Assembly (NCBI RefSeq): GCF_025273655.1
Contig: NZ_CP045921.1
Coordinates: 60,001 to 92,000, forward strand
Source of the DNA: Candidatus Saccharimonadota bacterium
Lineage (GTDB): Bacteria > Patescibacteriota > Saccharimonadia > Saccharimonadales > Saccharimonadaceae
Length of the DNA: 32,000 nucleotides
Direction: 5' to 3'
This document shows positions 1 to 8,664 of the stretch, piece by piece (within the stretch, counting starts at the first letter, position 1; each line of letters opens with the position of its first letter). A model generated the notes under the pieces. It worked only from the letters and a program-made list of their open reading frames with translations, did not search any database and was not told where the DNA came from. Made by a program: the position numbers and the translations under genes.

Positions 1-150
1 CCAAAATGTCTTTTGATTTTCAGGACTGAGTTGCCCCATATTTTCAATGTTGCTAATGAACTCGTACAACTCTTGGCGGGGCGCCTTAATGACTAGTTGA
101 ACGGTCGCCTGTAATGCGGGCCGAGCAGGTGCTGTTTTTGGGGATTCCAT
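1..150 (-). CDS. SRPBCC/START-like (polyketide cyclase/dehydrase family) protein, N-terminal 50 aa only, runs off the window
   Basis: ATG = complement of cat at 148..150, open to position 1. My translation is MESPKTAPARPALQATVQLVIKAPRQELYEFISNIENMGQLSPENQKTFW. The VIKAPxxxLYEFISNIENM pattern resembles the start of SRPBCC domains. Not in the ORF track because it is truncated. Confidence 0.4.
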   Translation of the reverse strand, partial: MESPKTAPARPALQATVQLVIKAPRQELYEFISNIENMGQLSPENQKTFW

Positions 151-261
151 ATGAAATAGTTTACCAAGAATCTTCTGGCTGTTATACGGGTGTATAATAG
201 TATATGGAGCACAACTACCATGTGCACGTACCAGCAAACTTAGAGGGAAGGAGCGTTCCAG

Positions 262-1098
262 ATGGATGACACTCAGAGCAACAAGTATAATGGTATACAT
301 CTTAATGTGGAGGATAGCGGCGGCGAAGGTCGGCCAATCATCCTCATTCACGGCTGGCCGCTGTCGGGCAAATCGTGGAATAAACAAGTCCCGGCCTTGC
401 AGGAGGCTGGTTATAGGGTGATCACCTATGATCGTCGCGGATTTGGCGACAGTGACAAGCCGAGTGACGGATACGACTACGATACGTTTTCGGACGATCT
501 GGCGGGTATTATCGACTCGCTTGGCCTCGAGGGTGTGTCACTCGTCGGATTTTCGATGGGCGGCGGCGAGGTGGCGCGGTATGTGTCTCGTCACGGCGAA
601 GACAAGCTGCATAGCATTGTGTTTGCGGGTGCCGTTCCTCCGTATTTATTGAAGTCTGACGATAATCCCGACGGGCCGTTGACGCAGGAAAAAGCCGACT
701 CCATGACCGAGCAAGCCAATTCGGATCTGGACGGGTTGCTCGATCAATTTACCAAAGATTTCTTTTCGCCGAATGCAGACGGTAACCTCTTGATACTGGA
801 CGAGGAGCGTCAAGACGCGCTCGAACAGGCACGCAAAGCGGATCCGACGGCTGTTCGCGGGGCGATGAAGGCGTTTGCGACCACTGACTTTCGAGACGAC
901 TTGACGACGGTGACGATTCCGACGCTCGTGATCCATGGTGATTCGGACGGAATCATTCCATTCGAAGGATCGGGCAAACGCACGCACGAAGCGATTGCCG
1001 GCAGCGATTTGTACGTCGTAGAAAACGGCCCGCACGGATTCAACACTACGCATCCGGACGAGTTCAATAAAGTGGTGATCGACTTTTTACAGAAATAG
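262..1098 (+). CDS. alpha/beta hydrolase, non-heme haloperoxidase / arylesterase family
   Basis: 278-aa ORF. Motifs HGWPLSGKSW, RRGFGDSD, nucleophile elbow GFSMGGGEVARY, late HGDSDGIIPF and PHGF. Collinear by memory with Pseudomonas fluorescens aryl esterase / chloroperoxidase-type proteins. Confidence 0.9.
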   Translation: MDDTQSNKYNGIHLNVEDSGGEGRPIILIHGWPLSGKSWNKQVPALQEAGYRVITYDRRGFGDSDKPSDGYDYDTFSDDLAGIIDSLGLEGVSLVGFSMGGGEVARYVSRHGEDKLHSIVFAGAVPPYLLKSDDNPDGPLTQEKADSMTEQANSDLDGLLDQFTKDFFSPNADGNLLILDEERQDALEQARKADPTAVRGAMKAFATTDFRDDLTTVTIPTLVIHGDSDGIIPFEGSGKRTHEAIAGSDLYVVENGPHGFNTTHPDEFNKVVIDFLQK

Positions 1099-1120
1099 CG
1101 CGGGTGAGTAGTAGCGCTTG

Positions 1121-1151
1121 AAAGAACGGGGTAATGATCGCCCCGTTCTTT
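1121..1151. terminator. bidirectional hairpin between convergent genes
   Basis: aaagaacgggg (1121..1131) and ccccgttcttt (1141..1151) form a perfect 11-bp stem with a 9-nt loop. A/T runs on both sides. It lies between the stops of the 262..1098(+) and 1151..2074(-) genes. Confidence 0.6.
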
Positions 1152-2074
1152 TAGTGAGGCCGAAGCAGCTGCGCGATGCCATCGCGGTAAGTGGTAATAC
1201 GAAATTCCGGAAAGCGTTTTGTGAATTTTGTTGAGACGAAAATGTTATTGCGGGCGTAGCGCGATAATAACTCTTGAGCTTCTCTTAACTGCGGGTTAAA
1301 CACACCGCCGATTTTGAACATGACCAGCGGGACCACCGTATACGGAAGGTCGCGGCCTTTGATCTGGGAGGCAGCCGCTATCAGGCTTTTGTAGGTCAAC
1401 CGGTTATCATCACACGGCAGGTGCCATGTCTGGTCGTACACGTCCGGCGTATTGCCAATGAGTGCCATTGCCCGGCTGGCGTCAGGCGTCCAAATCAGGG
1501 TCCGAAGCGTCTTGTCGCTGATGGGCACGCGGGCTTTTTTGCCGTGCTTGATCGCATCGAAAATCGCCGTGTTCGTCAAGCTTTGGGTCTTGCCGGGTCC
1601 ATAAAATTCCGGCGCCCGGCAGATAACGGCCTTGATGCGACCGGCGTTCATTTCGTCGAGCAGCAGGGTGGCGATGTTCGCTCGAACGGTTGCTTTTCGC
1701 CCGACGGGCACGAAAGGTGCCTCTTCGGTTTGCGGCTCGGCAGTTTTCGGGTACATGTAGGTGTTATCGAAAAAGACAAGTTTGCAATGATGTTTTTTAC
1801 ACGCGTCGATCACGTTTTTCATCATGATCGGGAACTGCTCTTCCCATAGCTTTGCATCCATAGGCAGGCCGACGGTAAAATAGGCGATATCACTGCCTTC
1901 GACGGCCCTGTCGGCCGCGTCGGCGTCCAGCAGGTTGGCGGCCATAAGCTGGTCCGATTCGTGAACTTTACGCGGATGCCGACTGACGAGGCGAATATCG
2001 CGGGTGTAATTTTTGTACAGCTCCCGCGTCAATTCTTCGGCTATCTGGCCATTTGCTCCAAGTACTGTTTGCAT
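1151..2074 (-). CDS. NAD(P)-binding SDR / NmrA-like epimerase-dehydratase family protein
   Basis: 307-aa ORF. N-terminal Rossmann glycine motif VLGANGQIA. Length and layout are typical of atypical SDRs. Confidence 0.7.
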   Translation of the reverse strand: MQTVLGANGQIAEELTRELYKNYTRDIRLVSRHPRKVHESDQLMAANLLDADAADRAVEGSDIAYFTVGLPMDAKLWEEQFPIMMKNVIDACKKHHCKLVFFDNTYMYPKTAEPQTEEAPFVPVGRKATVRANIATLLLDEMNAGRIKAVICRAPEFYGPGKTQSLTNTAIFDAIKHGKKARVPISDKTLRTLIWTPDASRAMALIGNTPDVYDQTWHLPCDDNRLTYKSLIAAASQIKGRDLPYTVVPLVMFKIGGVFNPQLREAQELLSRYARNNIFVSTKFTKRFPEFRITTYRDGIAQLLRPH

Positions 2075-2105
2075 ACTACTTATTATATAAAATATACGGC
2101 AGAAG

Positions 2106-2114
2106 TGCTATAAT
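2106..2114 (+). promoter_or_regulatory. extended -10 element TGCTATAAT for hchA (probable leaderless transcript)
   Basis: TGcTATAAT at 2106..2114 ends 7 nt before the hchA ATG (2122). No Shine-Dalgarno sequence lies in between. Confidence 0.45.
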
Positions 2115-2121
2115 AAGACAC

Positions 2122-2991
2122 ATGTCTAATATAGTAAAAAATCTCTTAGGTACCGCTCCTACGCCCGCCGGAAATAATGTCTATGGCCCGTCGCCGCTGG
2201 CGCTAAAACTAGCCACATCCGACGTGACGGATTACAAAAAAGTCACCTACGACGCGCTCCCTCAAACATACAAAATCTTGATGCTTTGTTCGGAGCAATC
2301 CGATGTGCCCATGACCAACGGCACTTTTTTCTTTTCGGGCAATCATCCCGTCGAGACATTGGTGCCGATGCTGCATTTACAAAGCGCTGGCTTTGAGTTC
2401 GATATCGTGACTCCGCACGGTAAGCCCGTCAAATTTGAGATGTGGGCGATGCCAAAGAAAGACAAAAACGTTCAGGCGATCTACGATGAGTACAAATCGC
2501 AGTTTGATCATCCGAAGAATCTGGCCGACCTCGCCAAGAATAATTTTGCGAGCGCGGAAGAGTACGCCGCTATTTACATTCCGGGCGGGCATGGAGCGCT
2601 GCTTGGCCTGCCGAATGACGAAAATGTCGGCGCATTGATCCGCTGGGCATTCGACAAGGACCTCTTCCATTTGTCCATTTGCCACGGACCGGCGGCCATG
2701 TTGGCGGCGGCTCCCAAAAACAAGGATGAGCCATTTATTTACGACGGCTATGAAATCACCGCCTTTCCGGACAAGGTAGACCGCCAAACGCCTCTTGTTG
2801 GATACATGCCCGGCCAACTGACCTGGTTCTTTGGGGAGAAGTTACAAGAGCTTGGCGTCACGATCATCAATACCGAGGCTGACAAGTCGTGCCACGCCGA
2901 CAGGAAGCTAGTGACAGGTGCCAGCCCCAAGGCAGCCAATGAATTCGGAAAACTGGCCGCGACGACACTCGTGCGTCATTTCAACAAGTAA
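2122..2991 (+). CDS. hchA: protein/nucleic acid deglycase - glyoxalase III, Hsp31 (DJ-1/PfpI superfamily)
   Basis: Collinear with E. coli HchA from memory: SGNHPVETLVPMLHLQSAGFEF, YAAIYIPGGHGAL, nucleophile motif ICHGPAA, QTPLVGYMPGQLTWFFGE, DRKLVTGASPKAAN. Start moved from 2053 to the ATG at 2122 because the upstream 23 codons overlap the divergent gene and the promoter. Confidence 0.9.
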   Translation: MSNIVKNLLGTAPTPAGNNVYGPSPLALKLATSDVTDYKKVTYDALPQTYKILMLCSEQSDVPMTNGTFFFSGNHPVETLVPMLHLQSAGFEFDIVTPHGKPVKFEMWAMPKKDKNVQAIYDEYKSQFDHPKNLADLAKNNFASAEEYAAIYIPGGHGALLGLPNDENVGALIRWAFDKDLFHLSICHGPAAMLAAAPKNKDEPFIYDGYEITAFPDKVDRQTPLVGYMPGQLTWFFGEKLQELGVTIINTEADKSCHADRKLVTGASPKAANEFGKLAATTLVRHFNK

Positions 2992-3006
2992 AGTCTCGGT
3001 TGGTAG

Positions 3007-3600
3007 TTACTCGATCGTGTTTCCGGTAACTGACCCGACGATATTCTCGAGAGCATTGATGCATATGCGAATGATATGGTCTTTTGCGATGTCGCGGTGT
3101 TCATTCGCGTGGTAGGCCATTTCGGCCACGAAACTCAGCCACGAGCTCAGCGCGCCACGCATCAGCGGCGTATCCGGAAGATTGAGGTATTCGATGATAC
3201 GTTCGGTGTGAACGTCGTGATGACACGAAACGGCCCGGCGTGCGGTCTTTGGTACGGACGCGTCGGATCGGCGAAGCGTCAGAATAACGTTGTCTGTTCG
3301 CTCCTGATAGTCGATATAGGCATTCAGCGCCCGTACTAAATTTTGTTCGGCCGTCAGTTCGTGCGTAGGCTTTGTAGCCGCGAGCAGTTCGTCGGATTGG
3401 TGGAGGATGACCGCTTCAAACAACGCCGCTTTGCTGGGATAGTAGTGGTACACCAAGGCGCGCCCTACATGTGCCTCGGTGGCAATGTGGCTCATTGATG
3501 CGTTGGTGTAGCCGTGATCGGCGAAGTGTTTGGCGGCAACCGCTAGCAGCTGATCTTTGCGCTCATCGGGGTGAAGCCGGTTAGAAATGACAGTCGTCAT
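3007..3600 (-). CDS. TetR/AcrR family transcriptional regulator
   Basis: 197-aa ORF. The N-terminal HTH DQLLAVAAKHFADHGYTNASMSHIATEAHVGRALVYHYYPSKAALF is the canonical TetR_N signature. Confidence 0.85.
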   Translation of the reverse strand: MTTVISNRLHPDERKDQLLAVAAKHFADHGYTNASMSHIATEAHVGRALVYHYYPSKAALFEAVILHQSDELLAATKPTHELTAEQNLVRALNAYIDYQERTDNVILTLRRSDASVPKTARRAVSCHHDVHTERIIEYLNLPDTPLMRGALSSWLSFVAEMAYHANEHRDIAKDHIIRICINALENIVGSVTGNTIE

Positions 3601-3611
3601 AGAAAATCGTT

Positions 3612-4736
3612 CTAGTCTTCTTTGTTATCGTTAACAATTTCTTTTTCGGCGAAACTGATACTGGAATTGCGTATGCCATAGCCGAGCAGCACGGCAACGC
3701 CAATAAGCGAATAGACAATAGGTACGAGTAGGTAGCGCATGATGTCGATACCATTAAAGTATATCGCTTGACGCAACGCGCTCAGCCCCGAACCGGTAGG
3801 AAGGACGCCTGCAAGCGATTTCCATATCCCGTCACCGGTCAGCGCAACCGCGACCGGGCCACCCGAGGCTGGCGTACCAAGAACAACAAAAAGGATAATC
3901 ACTAGCGCCGTCCCTGCCATACCGAGAAGAGTAATAAGTGCACCCGAGAACATCCCGACCCCGTACGTCGTCAGCGTTCCGACACCGACGACAGTCCAGA
4001 AATTTCCATCAGGCAGAATATGCGCGCTTTGGGCGATGCCCGCGACCCCGAGGCTGGTCACAAAGGCAAAGACAGCCATGCCAATTGTGCGGATGATAGC
4101 ATTGACATGTGTGTATATCCGCTTGCCCCGAATCAGGTTGAGCGATACGGCGGCAAAATACCCGCCGAACACGAAGGCGAAGGCGACGTAAAATAATCCG
4201 ATACCGTTCGGGTCTTCGGCAGGAAGCGCCGCGATGTCATCGACCGTCGTGGATTTGATTGGTGCTTGGGCGAGCGCTGCTGTTTGCGGGTTTGCCGCCA
4301 GTTGCTTGCGTACCGCCTGTTGGTACTGCTCGTCGAATTGCCTCAATGACGTTTCAAGAGAGGTGGTCAGACTCTTATTGATCGCCGATGCAACGGTGAT
4401 AGTGCTCGTCGGAAACGTCGGTGTATAGATAGCGTAGATGTCTTGACGTTTCAACTTGGAGACTGCCTCGTCCTTGCTGCTGACGACCGATACCGAGTAG
4501 GCGCCATTACTCTTGTCCTGCAGCGTCTTGGCGACGGTGTCAACCTTTGATGCTTCACCGACGACCGCAAGCGGCAACGAGTGTGCTTTCGGGTGGTGAA
4601 ACGCCGTGATGTAACTAAAGGCGAGCAACAGCTCGATAACGGCAACGCCAACTAAAACGCCGGTTGCGATCAAAACGGATCGTCTTAACGATGATGTCGA
4701 TGGTTTGATTTTAGGGGGGGTGTACTTATTAGACAT
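3612..4736 (-). CDS. integral membrane protein, YhgE/Pip / ABC-2-like (DUF3533-like) topology
   Basis: 374-aa ORF with an N-terminal TM helix, a ~150-aa soluble loop, then about 5 C-terminal TM helices. It sits immediately upstream of, and on the same strand as, the TetR gene. Confidence 0.55.
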   Translation of the reverse strand: MSNKYTPPKIKPSTSSLRRSVLIATGVLVGVAVIELLLAFSYITAFHHPKAHSLPLAVVGEASKVDTVAKTLQDKSNGAYSVSVVSSKDEAVSKLKRQDIYAIYTPTFPTSTITVASAINKSLTTSLETSLRQFDEQYQQAVRKQLAANPQTAALAQAPIKSTTVDDIAALPAEDPNGIGLFYVAFAFVFGGYFAAVSLNLIRGKRIYTHVNAIIRTIGMAVFAFVTSLGVAGIAQSAHILPDGNFWTVVGVGTLTTYGVGMFSGALITLLGMAGTALVIILFVVLGTPASGGPVAVALTGDGIWKSLAGVLPTGSGLSALRQAIYFNGIDIMRYLLVPIVYSLIGVAVLLGYGIRNSSISFAEKEIVNDNKED

Positions 4737-4985
4737 ATGTATAATAATAAACCTATCTTGCAGATATTACAATGTACTAGAGAGCTATATACTCTAAATC
4801 GACCTCGTCCCAATATTGCATTCACGTCTTCTTGCTGGTTACTGGCCGTCCTTGTGTCACCGTTCACACTTCAAAGACTCTTGATGAATCATCGATAAGC
4901 CAGCTCAGCACCCCACTATCGCACACAAGAAGTAACGTCGGATAGTTATCCTCGAATCCCCAGACCCCTTCATTATTGCGGCCGA

Positions 4986-5012
4986 TTGGCACTCTAGTAT
5001 TGCAAGTGCCAA
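4986..5012. promoter_or_regulatory. CIRCE operator (HrcA binding site)
   Basis: TTGGCACTC-N9-AAGTGCCAA, compared with the consensus TTAGCACTC-N9-GAGTGCTAA. Located 50 nt upstream of groES. Confidence 0.8.
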
Positions 5013-5028
5013 TTTTTTTGTCTACAAT
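5000..5028 (+). promoter_or_regulatory. sigma-70-type promoter of groES-groEL
   Basis: TTGCAA (5000..5005), a 17-nt spacer, then TACAAT (5023..5028). The -35 box overlaps the right arm of CIRCE. Confidence 0.55.
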
Positions 5029-5061
5029 GAAAAGGTAGATTAATAAAAACGGAGGAAACGC

Positions 5062-5325
5062 ATGAGTTCACCTATTAAACCACTGGCAGATCGTGTCGTC
5101 GCAGTGCGCGAGAAGGCACAGGAAAAGACCGCAAGCGGACTGTTTCTCCCAGATAGTTCGAAAGAGAAACCAGTCGTGGCAGAAGTAGTGGCAGTTGGCC
5201 CAGACGCCAAGGCTGTCAAAAAAGGCGACAAGATCGTTTACAAAGAATACAGCACGACAGAGCTCAAGATCAACGATGTTGAGTATTTGATTGTCAAAGA
5301 AGAAGATATCTTAGCGACGGTATAA
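5062..5325 (+). CDS. groES: co-chaperonin GroES
   Basis: 87-aa ORF with IKPLADRVVAV...ASGLFLP...GDKIVYKEY. RBS GGAGGA upstream. Directly precedes groEL. Confidence 0.95.
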   Translation: MSSPIKPLADRVVAVREKAQEKTASGLFLPDSSKEKPVVAEVVAVGPDAKAVKKGDKIVYKEYSTTELKINDVEYLIVKEEDILATV

Positions 5326-5336
5326 GGAGTTTATAG

Positions 5337-6980
5337 ATGGCAAAAAAAGTATTTTATGACGATGACGCTCGTGAGCGCGTGCTCGCTGGCGCAAAAGCAC
5401 TGTATGACGCAGTGAAAGTAACGTACGGTCCAAAAGGTGGCAATGTCGTGATTGCCAAGGGTTATGGTGGTCCAACAGTCACGCATGATGGTGTGACTGT
5501 AGCAGAAAGTGTGGAGTTACCAGAAAACGACGATGAGACGCTTGGCTACAAAGTGGGTGCGGAGCTTATCAAACAAGCTGCGACCAAGCTCAACAAGGTG
5601 GCGGGCGACGGCACGACAACAGTGACGGTACTGACCTACAGCATCCTCAAAGAAGCTAACCGCTTGATTGCAGCTGGTCATAACCCACAGGAACTACGCA
5701 AAGGTATCGAAGCTGCGGCTGTCGATGTGATCAAGTCGCTCGAGAAACAGGCGGAGTCGATCGAAGGCAAAAGTGATCGCGTAGCAGAGGTCGCGACTAT
5801 TTCAGCGGGGAGTCGTGAGATCGGCGAGCTGATCGCCAGCGTCATCGAAAAAGTTGGCAAAGAAGGCGTCGTCACTGTCGAAGCTGGTCAGGGTCTTGAG
5901 CTCGAAAGTGAAGTGGTCGAGGGCTTCAGTCTCGACAAAGGCTTCGCGAGCGCACTGTTTGTCACAGACGTGAATCGCCAAGAGGCAGTATTCGAGAAAC
6001 CAGCTATCGTACTGACCGACAAAAAGCTGAGTAGCGTGCAAGATATCGCACCAATCCTCGAGAAACTTGCCCAAGCTGGCCAGAAGAGCCTTGTACTGAT
6101 TGCCGACGAAGTAGAGGGTGAAGCACTGAGTATCCTGGTGCTCAACAAGCTCAAAGGTGTATTCAACAGCGTCGTCGTAAAGGCACCAAGTTTCGGTGAT
6201 CGCCGCAAGGATGTACTGGCTGACATCGCCGTGCTGACGGGTGCGACCGTAGTGAGCGACGAGCGCGGCATGACGTTCGAAAACACCGGCCTCGAAGTTG
6301 TGGGTAGTGCCCGCAAGGTAATCGTCGGCAAAGATGAGAGCACTATCATCGAAGGCGCTGGTAAAGCAGCCGACGTGAAAGCTCGTATCGCCCAGATCAC
6401 GACGCAGGCTGAAAGCGCTCCAAGTAACTATGACCGCGAGCAGTACGAAAAGCGTGCGGCCGCACTGAGCGGCAAAGTCGCCGTCATCAAGGTCGGTGGG
6501 GCCTCTGAGACCGAGATCGACGAGAAGAAGTTCCGTGTCGATGATGCCGTGGCGGCGACCAAAGCGGCGCTTGCCGAAGGCATCGTGGCCGGCGGCGGTG
6601 TGACACTCGTAAACTTGTCTGATGCCATCAAGGCTGACGGTGCGGACTCACATTCAGCTGGCAAGCTGATCCTCAAGAATGCGCTCAAACAGCCTTTCCT
6701 GCAGATCATGGCGAATGCCGGTCTCAATAGCGAAGCGCTACTTGCGCAGGTAGAAAACGGCAAAGCTGGCTTCGGTATCGATGTCAATGCGCCTGAAAAC
6801 GGCCTAATCGATGTGAAGAAAGCAGGTGTGATTGATCCAGCGCGCGTGACGAAAGAAGCGGTCCAAAACGCGGTCTCGATCGCATCTACAGCTGCGACTA
6901 TGGGCGCCCTCGTGGTTGATATCCCAGAGAAAGAAGCTCCGGCTGCCGGCGGTATGCCTGGCGGCATGGGAATGATGTAG
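5337..6980 (+). CDS. groEL: chaperonin GroEL
   Basis: 547-aa ORF with GPKGGNVVI, AGDGTTTVTVL, GGVTLV and the C-terminal GGMPGGMGMM tail. Confidence 0.97.
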   Translation: MAKKVFYDDDARERVLAGAKALYDAVKVTYGPKGGNVVIAKGYGGPTVTHDGVTVAESVELPENDDETLGYKVGAELIKQAATKLNKVAGDGTTTVTVLTYSILKEANRLIAAGHNPQELRKGIEAAAVDVIKSLEKQAESIEGKSDRVAEVATISAGSREIGELIASVIEKVGKEGVVTVEAGQGLELESEVVEGFSLDKGFASALFVTDVNRQEAVFEKPAIVLTDKKLSSVQDIAPILEKLAQAGQKSLVLIADEVEGEALSILVLNKLKGVFNSVVVKAPSFGDRRKDVLADIAVLTGATVVSDERGMTFENTGLEVVGSARKVIVGKDESTIIEGAGKAADVKARIAQITTQAESAPSNYDREQYEKRAAALSGKVAVIKVGGASETEIDEKKFRVDDAVAATKAALAEGIVAGGGVTLVNLSDAIKADGADSHSAGKLILKNALKQPFLQIMANAGLNSEALLAQVENGKAGFGIDVNAPENGLIDVKKAGVIDPARVTKEAVQNAVSIASTAATMGALVVDIPEKEAPAAGGMPGGMGMM

Positions 6981-6995
6981 GCGCATCTCCCTTTA

Positions 6996-7025
6996 AAGAC
7001 ACCTCGCCTATAGAGGTGTCTTTTT
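6996..7025 (+). terminator. rho-independent terminator of groESL
   Basis: aagacacctc / gaggtgtctt stem (10 bp, 7-nt loop) followed by TTTTT, 15 nt after the groEL stop. Confidence 0.7.
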
Positions 7026-7042
7026 GGTACCATGGTACTAGA

Positions 7043-8002
7043 ATGAAAAAGATTTTGATAGAAATCGCGTCGTATCGAGACGATGAGCTGGGCAAGACAG
7101 TGGCAAGTTTGCTGCGGCAAGCGAAGCACCCCGAGCGGCTGCGATTTGCAATAGCGCACCAGTATGGTCCAGAGACCGAACATACGCTCGATAAATATCG
7201 AGACGATGAACGATTTCGGCTACACGAGATACCCTGGCATGAGGCTCGCGGACTTGGTGTGGCACGACGACGCTGCGATGATATGTATGCGGGGGAAGAC
7301 TTTTATTTCCAAATCGATGCGCATATGCGAGCCGAGCGGGAGTGGGATGCGCGACTAGTACGGGAATGGGAAGCGCGCGATGATGAGATGGCGATACTGT
7401 CGTCATACCCACCGGCGTACAAGTATGTAGCGCCAGCGCAAGTAGAGTTCGTACCATCCGACCCCAACAGGTTAGTGGTCAATGCGATGTATGCGGGGTT
7501 TGTGCCGACGTTTTTTGGGCAAGCACTGCGCGCTGATACATCACGCCGGGGTGCGTTTCTCGCGGGTGGGTTTCAGTTTGGTCCGGGGCGGGTATGTACA
7601 GAGGTACCGTACGAGCCGGACGTGTGCTTTGTGGGGGACGAGATTATCCATTCGCTGCGTGTGTTTGCAGCTGGCTATAGAGTATATAGTGTGCTAGATC
7701 AGGTATTGTGGCATTTGTATCTTCGCTCGGAGCATCAGCCGAACGCACGACATTTTTGGAAGGATTTTCAGGAGACCTCGGAGCTCGCAGAGATATATGA
7801 GCAGATGAACGCGCGCAGCCTAGAGGTAATGCGCCGGTATTTTGTGGGGCAGGCGAGCGATGTGCGGGCGTTTGAGGAGTTTGCGGGCGTAGATTTGCAG
7901 CAACACACGGTGCATCCGGACATGTATGAACTGCCTAATTTGCCGATGGGCAGCGGTGGAGAGTGGCGTAGTCGATCCATGGCGCCGCGTACTCAAGCCT
8001 AA
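7043..8002 (+). CDS. glycosyltransferase, GlcNAc-transferase (Pfam GlcNAc PF11397-like) family
   Basis: The start MKKILIEIASYRDDELGKTVASLLRQAKHPERLRFAI... and FQIDAHMR match my memory of the GlcNAc glycosyltransferase family. Start moved from 7016 to the ATG at 7043 because 7016..7042 overlaps the groEL terminator. Confidence 0.55.
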   Translation: MKKILIEIASYRDDELGKTVASLLRQAKHPERLRFAIAHQYGPETEHTLDKYRDDERFRLHEIPWHEARGLGVARRRCDDMYAGEDFYFQIDAHMRAEREWDARLVREWEARDDEMAILSSYPPAYKYVAPAQVEFVPSDPNRLVVNAMYAGFVPTFFGQALRADTSRRGAFLAGGFQFGPGRVCTEVPYEPDVCFVGDEIIHSLRVFAAGYRVYSVLDQVLWHLYLRSEHQPNARHFWKDFQETSELAEIYEQMNARSLEVMRRYFVGQASDVRAFEEFAGVDLQQHTVHPDMYELPNLPMGSGGEWRSRSMAPRTQA

Positions 8003-8052
8003 CTACGCAAAAACTCCTCTGGCACGAGGAGTTTTTGCGAGTAGCTACTGGG

Positions 8053-8571
8053 CTATACGACAGGAGCAGCGTCTGGTGTTGGGAGGGCAACTTCGTCCAG
8101 GGCTGATGCTGGTGCGTCGGTCGCTGGCTTACTTGTGAGGTAATCGATCTCTTTAATGATATCGAGCAGCGCCATGCCACGACGAGCGTCGTCGCTGATG
8201 AGCTTGGCAGTTTCATGGGCAGGTGGCACGAGATCGCGATCGTCGGTGCAGCGAATGAGCAGGAGATACGTATCGAATTTTTCCTCTGGCGGAAGGTCAA
8301 GCTTATCGATAAGTGGTCGCAATTCATTGATTGCTTCCATTTTGACACCCTCTAGGTCATCACGCGAAGGTACGGGGTTGGTAGCGATAGGGAGTGGATC
8401 GATTGCAATTGGTTCGGGTGCTGCCGTCTCCGGTACGGTGCTGACTTCTTCGACTGGCTCTGCGGCTGTGTCGTCTGCTGGCATGCCGTTGACACCAGCC
8501 AGCACCTTAGCCAGCTCTTGATCGTCGCTGATGTTGCTCACTGTATTATCTGGTTGAAGATTCATTCCCAC
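8053..8571 (-). CDS. hypothetical acidic protein
   Basis: 172-aa ORF with a Pro/Ala/Asp/Glu-rich N-terminal half. No motif recognised. Coding-like composition, and divergent from the 8665 gene. Confidence 0.5.
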   Translation of the reverse strand: MGMNLQPDNTVSNISDDQELAKVLAGVNGMPADDTAAEPVEEVSTVPETAAPEPIAIDPLPIATNPVPSRDDLEGVKMEAINELRPLIDKLDLPPEEKFDTYLLLIRCTDDRDLVPPAHETAKLISDDARRGMALLDIIKEIDYLTSKPATDAPASALDEVALPTPDAAPVV

Positions 8572-8664
8572 CTCTAGTTTATTCGTTACATTCTTTTACA
8601 TAGTACTGTATCATGGATACATAGACATAAGCAAGATAATTTGTGAGGTAAACAAGAGGTACTC

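Noticed and set aside
2053-2121. N-terminal extensions of track ORFs (2053 for hchA, 7016 for the glycosyltransferase, 22853 for the membrane protein, 15143 for the recombinase, 27420 for orf90)
   Set aside because: The extensions overlap promoters, terminators or neighbouring genes and translate to non-protein-like sequence. Internal ATGs with better context give N-termini that match the families.
5678-7183. Several antisense or off-frame ORFs inside groEL (5678..5875, 5802..6074, 5888..6400, 6428..7183, 6804..6986, 6898..7095)
   Set aside because: They overlap a near-certain groEL CDS. Their translations are low-complexity (Ser/Ala/Thr/Arg-rich), typical of shadow frames in GC-balanced genes.
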